Positions 39,171-51,980 of a stretch of DNA of 64,000 bases are shown one piece after another (the first letter of the stretch is position 1; each line of letters begins with the position of its first letter). Position numbers and translations under genes: made by a program. This stretch comes from Mobula hypostoma (lineage: Eukaryota): the NCBI RefSeq assembly GCF_963921235.1, contig NC_086097.1:118980001-119044000 (forward strand), given 5' to 3'. Under the pieces are notes generated by a model that did no database searches, was not told where the DNA came from, and worked only from the letters and a program-made list of their open reading frames with translations.

Positions 39171-39524
39171 ATTCAATAGGATTCAAAGAGGTTACCCCTC
39201 ATTCTTCTAAATTCCAGTGAAGACAAGCTAGAGCCATCAAACATTCTTCAGATTACAAGCCATTCAAACTTGGAATCATTTTTGTGAAACTCCTTTGAAA
39301 TCTCTCCAGTTTCAGCATATCTATTTTAAGATAAGGGGCCCAAAACTTCTCACTATACGCCAAGTGAGACCTCTCCAGGGCTTTATAAAGTCTCAATATT
39401 ATATCCTTGCTTTTATATTCTAGTCCTCTTTAAATGAATTCAGACATCACAATGACCTTCTTCTCTACAGAGTCAACCTGCAAATTAACTTTTAGGGAAT
39501 CCTGCACACAGTCTCCCAAGATCC

Positions 39525-39750
39525 CAAGAGTGGTAGCTGTGTGGAACGAGCTTCCAGCAGAAGTGGTTGAGGCAGGTTTGATGTTGTTGTTTAAAGTTAA
39601 CTTGGACAGCTATATGGACAGGAAAGGAATGGAGGGTTATGGGCTGAGTGCAGGTCGGTGGAACTAGGTGAGAGTAAGTGTTCGGCATGGACTAGAAGGG
39701 CCGAGATGGCCTGTTTCCGTGCTGTAATTGTTATATGGTTATAAGGTTAT
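39525..39750 (+). mobile_element. Short CR1 3' end
   Basis: RVVAVWNELP...MEGYG; GGTTATA-repeat tail; TSD ATCC at 39521 and 39751. Confidence 0.8.
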
Positions 39751-39957
39751 ATCCTTTGTGCATCTGTTTTTTTTTTGTATTTTCTCTCCATTTAGAAAAT
39801 AGTCAACTCTTTCATTCTTCTACCAAAGTGCATGATCATACACTTCCTGACACTACTGCATCTGCCATTTCATTGACTATTCTCCTTATTTGTCTGATTC
39901 CATGTGTAGCCTCTCTTCTTCCTCAAAAGTACCTGCCCCTCCACCTGCCTTCATATC

Positions 39958-40830
39958 ATAGAGCATAGAACATAAAACATAGAATAGTACAGCACATTAC
40001 AGGCCCTTCGGCGCACAATGTTGTGCCAATAATCAAACCCTGCCTCCCATATAACCCCCCACCTTAATTCCTCTATATACCTGTCTAGTAGTCTCTTAAA
40101 CTTCACTAGTGTATCTGCCTCCACCACTGACTCAGGCAGTGCATTCCACGCGCCAACCACACTCTGAGTAAAAAACCTTCCTCTAATATCCCCCTTGAAC
40201 TTTCCACCCTTTACCTTAAAGCCATGTCCTCTTGTATTGAGCAGTGGTGCCCTGGGGAAGAGGTGCTGGTTATCCACTCTCTTGTACACCTCTATCATGT
40301 CTCCTCTCATCCTCCTTCTCTCCAAAGAGTAAAGCCCTAGTTCCCTATCTCTGATCATAATGTATACTCTGTAAACCAGGTAGCATCCTGGTAAATCTCC
40401 TCTGTACCCTTTCCAATGCTTCCACATCGTTCCTATAGTGAGGCAACCAGAACTGGAAACAGTACTCCAAGTGTGGCCTAACCAGAGTTTTATAGAGCTG
40501 CATCATTACATCGCGACTCTTAAACCCTGTCCCTCGATTTATGAAAGCTAACACCCCATAAGCTTTCTTAACTACCCTATCCACCTGTGAGGCAACTTTC
40601 AGGGATCTGTGGACATGTACCCCCAGATGCCTCAGCTCCTCCACACTACCAAGTATCCTGCCATTTACTTTGGAGTTTGTCCTTCCAAAGTGTACCACCT
40701 CACACTTCTCCGGGTTGAACTCCATCTGCCACTTCTCAGCTCACTTCTGCATCCTATCAATGTCTCTCTGCAATCTTCGACAATCCTCTACACTATCTAC
40801 AACACCACCAACCTTTGTGTCGTCTGTGAA
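39958..40830 (-). mobile_element. CR1 3' fragment, same subfamily as 15551-16263
   Basis: ORFs 39951..40427 and 40345..40725; very similar to the 15.6-16.2 kb copy. Confidence 0.9.
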
Positions 40831-41347
40831 CTTTGTAACAAAGCCATCAATTCCATCGTCCAAATCATTAATACATAGCATAAATAGAATCAGTCCTCTC
40901 CAGAACACCACCGGTCACTGGCAGCCAACAAAAAAGATACTCCCTTTATTTCTATCTTTGCTTCCTGCCAGTCAGCCACTGCTTTATCCATGATAGAATC
41001 TGCTCCGTAATACCATGGGATCATAGCTTGTTAAGCAGCCAAATGTGTAGCACCTTGTCAAAGGCCCACTGAAAATCCAAATACACAACATTAACTGATT
41101 ACCTTTGCGTATCCTGCTTGTTATTTCTCTAAAGAATTCCAACGGATTTGTCAGGCAAGATTTTCCCTTTTGAGAAGATTATGTTGACTACGGCCATGCT
41201 GACTCATGCCTCTGTAATTTCCTTTACTCCACTGTAATACTGATACGTCTGACTTTAGATTCTTCACAGAATTCAGGGTTAATTTGATCATCTTATGATC
41301 ACTTGTCCCCTCAGGTTTCTTTTCCCTTAAACTCTCTAATCAATTCA

Positions 41348-41810
41348 GTTGAGGGTAGCAGACACCAACAGAATCAACAAACTCATTCGTAAGACCAGTG
41401 ATGTTGTGGGGATGGAATTGGACTCTCTGACGGTGGTGTCTGAAAAGAGGATGCTGTCTAAGTTGCATGCCATCTTGGACAATGTCTCCCATCCACTACA
41501 TAATGTACTGGTTGGGCACAGGAGTACATTCAGCCAGAGACTCATTCCACCGAGATGCAACACAGAGCGTCATAGGAAGTCATTCCTGTCTGTAGCCATC
41601 AAACTTTACAACTCCTCCCTTGGAGGGTCAAACACCCTGAGCCAATAGGCTGGTCCTGGACTTATTTCCTGGCATATTTTACATATTACTATTTAATTAT
41701 TTATGGTTTTATATTGCTATATTTATACTCTATTCTTGGTTGTGGCAACTGTAAAGAAAATCAATTCCCCTCGGGATCAATAAAGTATGACTATGACTAT
41801 GACTATGACT
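41348..41810 (+). mobile_element. Rex1/Babar-like LINE 3' end with (ATGACT)n tail
   Basis: ORF 41349..41648 (SHPLH...TERHRKSF...AIKLYN); AATAAA then ATGACT repeats; TSD ATTCA at 41343 and 41811. Confidence 0.8.
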
Positions 41811-42153
41811 ATTCATTGCGTAACACCCAATCCAGAATAGCTGATCCCCTAGTGGGCTCAACCACCAGCTTCTCTAAAAAGTCATTTCACAGGTATTCTA
41901 GAAATTCTCCTTCTTGGAATCTAGCCTAATTTTCCCAATCTACCTGCACATGGCTATTGTAACATTACCCTTTTAGCATGCATTTTCTATCTCCCATTGT
42001 AATTTGTAGACCACATACTTACTACTGCTTGGGGGTCTGTATATAACTCCCACCAGTGTCTTTTTACCCTTACAGTTTCTTAGCTCTATCCACAATGATT
42101 CAACACCTTCTGACCCTATGTCACCTCTTTCTAATGATTTGATTTCATTTTTT

Positions 42154-42466
42154 TTAAGTGTTGGCGCGTGGCCAAGTGGTTAAGGCGCTCGTCTAGTGAT
42201 TTGAAGGTCAGTAGTTCGAGCCTTGGCTGAGGCAGCGTGTGTGTCCTTGAGCAAGGCACTTAACCACACACTGTTCTGCGACGACACCGTTGCCAAGCTG
42301 TCTGGGTCCTAGTGCCCGTCCCTTGGACAACATCGGTGGCGTGGAGAGGGAAGACTTGCAGCATGGGCAACTGCTGGTCTTCCATACAACCTTGCCCAGG
42401 CCTGCACCCTGGAAACTTTCCAAGGTGCAAATCCATGGTCTCAAGAGACTAACGAATGCCTATAAA
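42154..42466 (+). mobile_element. tRNA-derived CORE-SINE with RTE/BovA-like tail
   Basis: A box TGGCCAAGTGG, B box GTTCGAGCC, CORE-like GTGTCCTTGAGCAAGGCACTTAACC; TSD GATTTCATTTTTT at 42141-42153 and 42467-42479. Confidence 0.85.
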
Positions 42467-43214
42467 GATTTCATTTTTTACCAGCAGAGCAATGCTGTTC
42501 CCTCTGCCTTGTTGCCTGTCCTTCAGCTACAAAGTGTATCCTTGGACATTAAGCTCTCAGCTATAATCTTCTTTCAGCCATGATTCAGTAATGCCGATAA
42601 CATTATACAGTATTTGCCAATCTGTAACTGTGCTGCAAATTCATTGACAATATTCTGTATACTGCACATATTGAAATATAACACTTACTGCCCTGTATTC
42701 ATCTTTTTCAATTTTGACCACCTTTTACATTGCAACTCATTCTGTTGTCTGCAATTTTACCCTATCATCAGCCTCTCCCTGTTTGGTGTCTCACTACATA
42801 TTGCCTCTGGTTGTAAATCAACTACCTCATCTTCATCACTTTCACTATCCCCCTACCAAATTATTGTTATATAATGCCAGAATTTTTAATGATTTATTCT
42901 AAAGTTGTGTCCACTGGTCTTTGAAACCACCATTACTTTGACAGTTTTTTGCACACACCCCATTTTAACCATTAAGATTGTGTACATACCATAAAAGTTC
43001 CCCCAATCTCTCTTGCTCCAATAATAACTAAAACAATTTTAACACATGTAAAATATTAAAAATGTATTTCCAGTTATCAAAGGTGTTTCTTTCCATTCAA
43101 ATGAATGCATTTAATTTACTCAGCGAGGTCTAACCTGTCAGACCTCCTGTAAACGTTAGAGATTTGCTGTAACTTTGAGAAATACAATAATGGAGTGTGG
43201 TCAGTAAAATCACA

Positions 43215-43342
43215 AACACAAGATTCCACAGATGCTGGAAATTCAGAATAACACACACAAAATGCTGGAGGAACTCAGCAGGTCAGGCAGCATCTAGGGA
43301 GAGGAATAAACAGCTGATGTGTCAGGTTGAGACACTTCAGGA
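43215..43342 (-). mobile_element. Penelope-type terminal fragment
   Basis: CACAAAATGCTGGAGGAACTCAGCAGGTCAGGCAGCATCT, antisense to the end of 54173-54700. Confidence 0.7.
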
Positions 43343-44689
43343 TAGAGAAGTACTGGAAATCAGCCTACGGTATGTTGGATTATTTGCATTTACATGTGCA
43401 CTAATGCAGTCAATTGCTGGTAGCTATTAATGAAATTGATGACTTTTCAATGCACAAACCCACAGGATGGAGTGATCTGTGTATGATTGACAGATCACTC
43501 TGAAAAATCACTGTAGCAGTTTTGAGATGATATAACCTTATGAAATACACAGACATTGGAAAGTTTTTAATATTTCTCTTGCTGTCCTAAATTATTTTGC
43601 TGCATTTCATTGAAGTATTTCAATACGATATTATATCTACCTTATTAATTTAATTCAGTTATTATCAATACCTGTTGACTGAAACAAAATGAACACAGGT
43701 ATTTTTGTTATTATGTGATGCTTTGATTATGAAATGTTTTGACAGATACTTGGTAAGATATGAAGAGTAATAAGTTTTGGAGAGAAAATAAATCCTCTCT
43801 TGATCACAATGGATTTACATTTGAAAGAAAATATGTTAAATCATTATTAAACCATTCTTTACTTGCAAGATTTTCATATTATGAGTATTTAAATTGAGTT
43901 GGCTCAGATCCATGTTATTAATCTACTTTTGAGGCATCACTCAATCAGAAAAGCTTCGAAGAGCTCTGTTACAATTCCCATTTTCCTTGGGTGCTTTCCA
44001 GATGAGGCATTACATTCTGAGCAAATAAGGTGCCTGGAAGAGACCAGGGCCCCTGCAATTTAGCAGGACTTCGTGTGATAGCAGTGCAGAGACTGACTGA
44101 TAGCATTTTATGCACAAGTCCTCTAGGACACGCTCCCAGACGTGATTTGCACCACTTTGCAGACATCCTCCCCCTGCAGAACTGCACATGTGGACTCATT
44201 GTAATAAGTTCCAAAAATGTTTATGTTACATACTAGGGCAAAACTTAATGGGAATGCCAGCAGTTCTGTGGACATTTGTTCATATTACTCTTGTAAGTGC
44301 CACCAAGTTTTGAATTCGAATGCAGACAATTTCGCTGGTCAATTCCAATCAACGTCCAGCAGAGCAGCAAAATCTTGCTGAGCTGCCCAGCACTGAGGCA
44401 GGAGAAACCGTCCACTGAAACCGTATCAGATTAGCCCTGGAATGGGAACAAAAACCTATTAATTCTAATTGCTTGGAATAACAGCCAGGAGGAGGTTTAA
44501 TTGTAACTTGATGGGATTTTTTAGTTAGCTATGTTGATTTTATATATTTAATTATTTAAAAACCTTCATCAAATTTGAAGTGAAAATCTGCAGGAAGAAC
44601 ACAGTAAGTGAGGCAACACCTATGGATTCAGGATTTCATACTGAAATATCAACTTTGTCTTTGTCCCTATATTTGCTGCCTGAACCACT

Positions 44690-45835
44690 AGATCATAGAG
44701 TCATAGAGAACTACATTTGGCCCATCTAGTCTGTGCTAAATTATTATGCCAAGGCCCATTGACCTGCACCTGGACCATAGCCCTCCCATCTATATACTTT
44801 TCTTAAATGTTGAAATTGAACCCATATTCACCATTTGGCTGACAGCTCATCCCACACCCTCACCACTTCTGAGTGAAGAAGGTCCTCCTCTTGTTCCTCT
44901 TAAATATTTCACCTTTCAAGCTTAACCCATGACCTCTAGTTCTAGACTCATCCAACCTAAGTGGGAAAAAGCTTGCTTGCATTTATGCTATCTGTAGCCC
45001 CCAGAATTTTCTATACCTCTGTCTAATCGCCCCTCATTCTCATATGGTCCAGGGAAAAAGAAAGTCCCAACATATTCAACCTTTCCCTATAACTGAAGGG
45101 ACACCTTTTCAAAACCTGAGCATTTTTCCACTCTAATTTGCTTTAAGACAGCAAATCCTTCCTCCTCTGTAATCTATATATGGTACATGATCTCAGTGCT
45201 GTTTTGTCTCAGGTTGAGAGCCTCTGTCTTGGTCTCCCAACAAATTTAGATGCAAAAAAATTCAGCTGAAAAATCTCCCATCTCTTTCAGCTCCATGCGT
45301 AGAGAACCACGCTGATCTTCAAGAGGACCAATTTTGTCCCTTACTACCCTTTTGTTCTCCATATATCTGTAGAAGCCTTTGGGATTTTCCTTCACCATGT
45401 CTGGTAGAGCAACCCCATGCCTTAATTAGCTGTCCTTATTTCCCTTTTATGCATTTATTATATTCCTGAAGTTCCTCATTTAATTCTTGCTGCCTATACC
45501 TGTTATACACCTCTTTCCTCTTCTTAACCAGGGACTCAATATCTCTTGAAAACCAAGTTTCTCTAAACCTGTTATCATTAACTTTTATTCTGACAGACAC
45601 ATACAAGATTTCTACTCTCAAAATTTCACATTTGAAGGCCTCCCACTTACGAAGCACACCTTTGACAGAAAACAACCTGTTCCAATCCACAGCAGCAAGA
45701 TCCTTTCTGATTCCATAAAAATTGGACCAGACCTATCCTTCTCCATAATTATCTGGAAACTAATGGAATTATGATTACCTGACCCAAAGTGTTCCCCTAT
45801 AATCACTTCTGTCACCTGCCTTGTCTCATTCATTC
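44690..45835 (-). mobile_element. Degenerate CR1 fragments (3' end and endonuclease/linker)
   Basis: ORFs 45436..45690 and 45618..45833 (GEHFGSGNHNSI); CR1 tail near 44695. Confidence 0.75.
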
Positions 45836-46159
45836 ATAAATTTTAAGCAATTTTCATGAAATAGAAACTTTGATAAACTAGGAGCAGAAACATAATATTT
45901 AATAATTTAAGTTTACTTAATAATTAAAAAGTAATTGTTTAATTTATTTTCTAAAAAAATAAATGTTTCTGTGCTAGACATTCATAAGAATTCAGCTTAC
46001 TTGACAACTGGCAGAACTGGGATCCGGTTTTTCTGGCAGTTGAAGTTTTTTAATCACTCCTTGGAAGGGAATAATTTTGGCCTCTACCCTTGCAGACTTT
46101 CTGGATTTAGAGCTTACTCACCAAGAAGTTCACCTGAAGGAACTGACAATTATATACAG

Positions 46160-46735
46160 AACAGAGAACACAGAACACTTCAACAGGTCCTTTGGCTCAC
46201 AATGTTGTGCCAACCCTTTAACCTACTCTAAGGTCAATCTAACTCTTCCCTCCTATGTAGCCCTCCATTTTACAGTCATCCGTGTGCCTATGAAAAGTTT
46301 CTTAAATATTCCTAATGTATTTCCCTCTACCATTACCGCTGGCAGGGCATTCTGTGCTCCCACAACTCTCTGTGCAAAATAAAAATGAACTTCTGATATC
46401 ACTCCTATACTTTTCTCCAATCATCATAAAATTATGCCTTCTCACATCATTAAACTTCAACTCCGGGTAAAAGTCTTTGGTTACCCACTCGATCAATACT
46501 TCTTATCATATTGTACACCTCTATCTCATCCTCCTTTCCTTCAAAAGAAAAGCCCTAGCTCGTTCAACCTAATCTTGTAAAGCACGCACACTAGGCTAGG
46601 TAGCATCCTGGTAAATCTAACCCGCACCCTCTCTAAAGCTTCCTATAATGAGGTGACCAGAACTGAACACAATATTCCAAGTGTGGTCTAACCAGGTTTT
46701 CATAGAGCAGTAGCATTACCTTGCAGCTCTTGATA
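46160..46735 (-). mobile_element. CR1 3' fragment
   Basis: Antisense LVRPHLEYCVQFWSPH at 46645-46700; tail near 46160. Confidence 0.8.
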
Positions 46736-48289
46736 TGATATTTATTTATCTATTTGCTATCACTAAGTTCAGGTGGTTCGCTAGGATCAGCCAGTCCTGG
46801 TTCATCAATTTTAGTTGGAATATTCTAACACTTTTCCAACGCCACTGTTACAATTTATTTTGAGAATGAATGTAGGTTAATAACAACATGTAAGGTGAAC
46901 ACTATTATTTACAACAGATTTGCCCCAGTGTGACAAATAGCTACTTCAATAAAACAGCAATGTACCTGGTCAAGGTCACAGCTAAACAAAATGAAATTGA
47001 AAAAATTGAATAATCTATGGTGCTCTGAGTAAAGGAATATTATTTCCAATAAATTTTAACTGTGTGAAGCTATACATTTAAAGAAACTGTAAATCTTAGC
47101 TTTGGAGATCAGTGAAAGAAAATCCAGAACATTCACTCCTAAAGGAAAATAATGAAACTGAAAAATCATACCTCTGGGCTTGAATACAAAAGGAAAAGTT
47201 AGCCTGTAAAAACATGTCAACACTTTCAATTGAGCTCTTCTACACTCTGCATTGGTCCATTTCTCTCGAACATTTTCTGGATTTCAAACATTTTCAGCTC
47301 ATAATTGAACATAAAATTGAGGCTGACACCCAATCTGATACTGAAGGAATAAAACTTACCCTTGGACATACACAGATTAATTTGCTATGTATCAGTAAAT
47401 ACATTTTGCACACTCATTCCAAAATACCGTTCTCTTCTGATGAATCCTTTTCAAATTGGCCTGCTCTGTGAACTTGCCCTTGACACACTCTGAAGACTCG
47501 TAATAACCTTACTCGTTTCCCGGGAGTTCCTGCAAATTGGGCCTCCTCCACTCCCCTCACCTTGAGTTAAAGAATTCTCTTATCTATTGAAATACATGGG
47601 GGCATAATAGTTATGTGAGTTACTTGTGTTTCTTATTCCTTTGTAAGTATTGCAGTCTTCTTCCAGGAACACGGAAGCCTTCAGGGGAGCTTGTTAATGT
47701 GGAGTCCAGACCCTCGTTGCTGTTCCATCTTCTCCAGTAAAATTGAATGCTGCCAGAAACCACAGCTCTTCCCAATCTCTGAGACCATACTCAGTGAAAG
47801 GAGTCACCCCACAGACACCTGAGTTCACCCTCTCACTGCTTCCATCAGGTCTAACCCTTCTGCTGGGGTAACCCTTCCCATAACCTGTAAAAGCTGAACT
47901 ATCATGGCAAGAGCAGTGCCCCAGCCACATGCCCCCCACTGTCCCTCAGCCCTACCCTTAAATTCCAAAGGCTGGGAATGTGCATCTGGGAATGCTTTTC
48001 TATCTCTTCCTATCCACATGACTCCCCCTTAAGTGATGGTGGTAGTTTAGCCTTGGCCTAACCTCTGTTTTAAAGTGAAGATCTTTTATTTTTTGAATAG
48101 TGATCCATTACTCTAGTTCCTCCCAGAGCAAACATCCTGTAACATCAATCTTATCAAGGTCACTCAAAACTTTCCATGGCTTCCAGAGAGAATGATAAAA
48201 GAAAGAAGGAATTGTGGAAGTAAAAAGGAGTAGGGAGTAGAGTAAGAAATAAAGATTAGTCTTGTCCTTTGAGTGAATTCATTTGATAA

Positions 48290-48455
48290 TCTCTCCCTCT
48301 CTCTCTCTCTCACTCTCTCTCTCCATCATCCTCCAAGTCACTCTCTTTCATTTCCCTCTCCCTCTTCCTCTCTCTCTCTCTCTCTATCTATCTCTCCCTC
48401 TCTCTCTCTCTCTCCTCCCTCCCTCCCTCCCCCTTCACTCTCTCTCTGTATCTCT
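48290..48455. repeat. CT-rich polypyrimidine low-complexity tract
   Basis: Direct observation. Confidence 0.9.
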
Positions 48456-48519
48456 TTTAAGGGAAGGTGTAGAGCTCTGTTGTGCAGGTCGAATAAGGCT
48501 TAACCTCACTTCACTTGTC

Positions 48520-48682
48520 ATATCCTAGCTTATTGTCCTTTCCCTCCCCCACCTTCTTATTCTGGCTTCTTCCCCCTTCCTTATCCAGTCCTGATGAAGG
48601 GTCTTGGCCTGAAACATTTATTCTTTATTCCTTTCCATAGCTGCTACCTGACCTGTTGAGTTCCTCCAGTATTTTTGTCTGT
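48520..48682 (+). mobile_element. Penelope-type end with hammerhead-like motif
   Basis: AGTC-CTGATGA-AGGGTCTTGGCCT-GAAA at 48587-48614; homologous to 54520-54700. Confidence 0.65.
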
Positions 48683-48699
48683 CATTCAGTAAGGCTTGT

Positions 48700-50335
48700 C
48701 AGATCAGTAAGACCTCTGACTCTCAACAGAGGAGCCCCTCAGGACTGTGTGCTAAGTCCCCTCCTTTACTCCCTATATACCCATGACTGTGTTGCCACCC
48801 ACAGCTCTAATCTGCTAATTAAATTTGCTGATGACACCACATTGATTGGCCTAATCTCAAACAATAACGAGGTGGCCTACAGGGAAGAAGTCATCTCTCT
48901 GACACAGTGGTGTCAAGAAAACAACCTCTCCCTCAATGTCGCAAAAGCAAAGGAGCTCGTTGTGGATTACTGGAGGAATGGAGATGGACTAACCCCTATT
49001 GACTTCAATGGTCTGGGGTTGAGAGGGCAAACAGCTTTAAGTTTCTCAGCATCCACATCACCGAGGACCTCACGTGGTCTGCACACCCCAGTTGTGTGGT
49101 GAAAAAGGCACAACCGTGCATCTTCCACCTCAGACTATTGGGGAAGTTTGGTATGGACCCCAAAATCTTAAGAACTTTCTACAGGGGCACAATTGAGAGC
49201 ATCCTAACTGGCTGCATCACTACCTGGTATGAGAACTGTACTTCCCTCAATTGCAGGATACTGCAGAGAGTGGGGCAGACAGTCCGGTGCATCTGCAGTT
49301 GTGAACTTCCCATGATTCAGGACATTCACAAAGACAGGTATGTAAGAAGGGCCCGAAGGATCATTGGGGACCCGAGTCACCCCAAGCACGATCTATTCCA
49401 GCTGCTACCATCTGGGATATGGTACCGCAGCATAAAAGCTAGGACCAGCAGGCTCCGGGATAGCTTCTTCCACCAGGCCTTCAGACTGATTAATTCACGC
49501 TGATTTAGATTAGATTAGATTATTAAAACACCCAGTCCTCGTTTATTGTCATATAGAAATGCATGCATTAAGTAATGATACAATGTTCCTCCAGAGTGAT
49601 ATCACAAAAAAAGGACAAACCAAAGACTAACACTGAGAAGACCGCATAATTATAACATATAGTTACAGCAGTGCAAAGCAATACTATAATTTGACAAAGA
49701 GCAGACCATGGGCACAGTAAAAAAAAGTCTCAGAGTTCTGATTGACTCCTGATAGTCCCCGATAGCAGGTGACAAAAGGGAGAAACTCTCCCTGCCATAA
49801 ACCTCCAGGTGCTGACAACTGCCAATGCGTTGGAAGCACCTGACCACAGCCGACTCTGAGTCCGTCTGAAAACTTCGAGCCTCCAACCAGCCCTCCGACA
49901 CCGAGAACCAAGCACCATCTCTGCCAAGTGATTCGACCCCACCCTGACTGCCGAGCAACAAGCAAAGCTGAGGACTTGGGGCCTTCCCCTCCGGAGATTC
50001 TGGATCACACAGTAGCAGCGACAGCGAAGAAGGCATTTCAGAAGTTTCACCAGATATTCCTCCGTGCTCTCACCTCTGTCTCCATCAAATCAGGATTGTG
50101 CATGGCACCTTACTTGACAGATAATAGATATTCATCACCGGAGTGGCCGCTGCGTGCTGCGTTGTGCCACCATCTTCTCCTCCCGCCTTTGAGTGTATTT
50201 CTATGTTACATGACTGTTCTATTTATTATAAATTATTATAAATTGCTATGATTGCATATTGCACATTTACATGGAGATGTAGCGCAAAAAATTTTACACC
50301 TCATGTATGTGAAGGATGTAAGAAATTAAGTCAAC
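48700..50335 (+). mobile_element. Rex1/Babar-type LINE 3' part; 3' UTR interrupted at 49507-50187
   Basis: APQDCVLSPLLYSLYTHDC...KFADDTT; ORF 49096..49503 ends RLRDSFFHQAFRLINS. Confidence 0.88.
49507..50187 (-). mobile_element. Compact non-coding retroelement (LINE-type 5' end plus 3' UTR with (TCTAA)n tail)
   Basis: Minus strand starts GGCGGGAGGAGAAGATGGTGG and ends GACAATAAAC...AATCTAATCTAATCT; host UTR resumes after it. Confidence 0.65.
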
Positions 50336-50764
50336 TGAATTTGTGAAATAGAACCTTTAGTTCTTAAATCAGAAAATGTAGTTCTCTCGTTTGTGTCATG
50401 TCAGTGACATATAGGGTTCTCAACACAGTATTTCCAAAAACAGGAAAAATTTTTCTTCACCCCACCTCTATTCCTGATGTGTGGGTGCTGTCAACAATAT
50501 TTACCAGTACTCACTTGCATTGGCTCAGTGAAATACAGAATAGACTTGGGAGACTAAACCACTCCTATTCTTGTTCTGTTTTAATGAAAGAAAGGATTGG
50601 GGTACTGGGCTACTTCCACTGCAACAAATGATGCATGTAAAATAATAATTGTTTTCAAAGTTATGCTGGCTTTGAAAAAATACATTGTCCAAAAGAAGTC
50701 TTTAGAGAAGGGCATCAGATTTTAATTGTTACTGAAGAAGAAGGGAGAGATTTGAAGAATTTTC

Positions 50765-51980
50765 TTTGTTTAAGCATGTTATATAAAGAGTAAAAGAGGG
50801 GCACAAGTGGACATCAAACTATTGGAAAATGATGCTGGAGATGTAGTAATGGAGGAAAGGAAATAATGGATGAACTGAATAACTATTTTGCATCAGTGTT
50901 CACTGTGGAAGATACCAGCAGCATGCCAGAAATTCAAGAGTGTCAGGGGTCAGAAGTGAATGTAGTCACTATCACGAAGGAGAAGCTGCTTGGGAAGCTG
51001 AAATGTCCAAAGGTAGATAAGTCACCTGGTCCATGTGAACCACCCTTGTGTTCTGAACGAGATAGATGAAGAGATTGAAAAGGCATTAGTGGTGATCTTT
51101 GCAGGAATCATTATATTCTGGAATGGTTCCAGAAGACTGGAAAATCACAACTGTCACTCAAGTCTTTAAGAAGGAAGGGACACAGAAGATGAGGAATGAT
51201 AGGCCAATTATCCATACCTCAGTGGTTAAAAAGATTTTAAGAGTCCATTATCATTGATGAAGTTTTGGGCTACTTGTAGGCACATGATAAAATAGGTTAA
51301 AGTCAGCATGATTTACAGTACCTGAGGGGAAAACTTGGCTGGACAAATTAGTTGGAATTATTTGAGAAATTAACAGGCAGAGTAGAAAAATAAGTGTCAG
51401 CAGATGTTGTTTACTTGGATTTTAACAAGGTACATCACTTGAGGCTGCTAAATTAGATAAGAGCCCATGAACAGAACATCGTCTGACTAGCAGTAAACAA
51501 AGATTGGGGATAAAGGGGTGCTTATTTGGTTAACTGCCGGTGTTAGTGGGCATCCCACAGGGGTCAGTTTTGGGCCTTCTACTTTTCATGTTATATGTAA
51601 ATGATTTGTATGACAAAATTGATGACTATATAGACAGGTGTGCAGCCAATACAAATATAGGAGCAGGCAATGTTGAAGGAGGTGGAAGTCTGCATAAGGA
51701 GATGGCCAGATTAGGAGAATGTGAAAAGAACTATCAGATGGAATCTGTGTAGGGAAGTGTATGGTCATGCACTTTGGCAGAAGGAATAAAGGTATAGACT
51801 GTTTTGTAAATGGGGAGTGAATTCAGAAATCAAAGTTGCAAAGGAACTTAAGAATCATAGTGCAGGATTTGCTAAATGTTAACTTGCAGGCTGTTTAATC
51901 TAAGAAATGATTGGCTGGCATTGGAGAGGGTCCAGATGAGATGTACAACAATGATCTCAGGACTGAATGGGTTAAAGTAT
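50765..51980 (+). mobile_element. Degenerate CR1 RT fragment
   Basis: LNNYFASVFT...KSPGP, IPQGSVLG. Confidence 0.85.

Larger units (their letters stand above)
39172..42870 (-). mobile_element. Old CR1 ORF2 hosting four insertions
   Basis: Collinear endonuclease/RT pieces interrupted at 39525, 39960, 41348 and 42154. Confidence 0.75.

Noticed and set aside
42160..42235. tRNA gene (also 52950-53026, minus strand)
   Set aside because: The tRNA-like heads continue into SINE bodies flanked by TSDs, and I see no convincing acceptor stem.
48273..48528. Ser/Leu/Pro-rich ORFs (also 54302..54739)
   Set aside because: They are translations of CT-rich low-complexity tracts.
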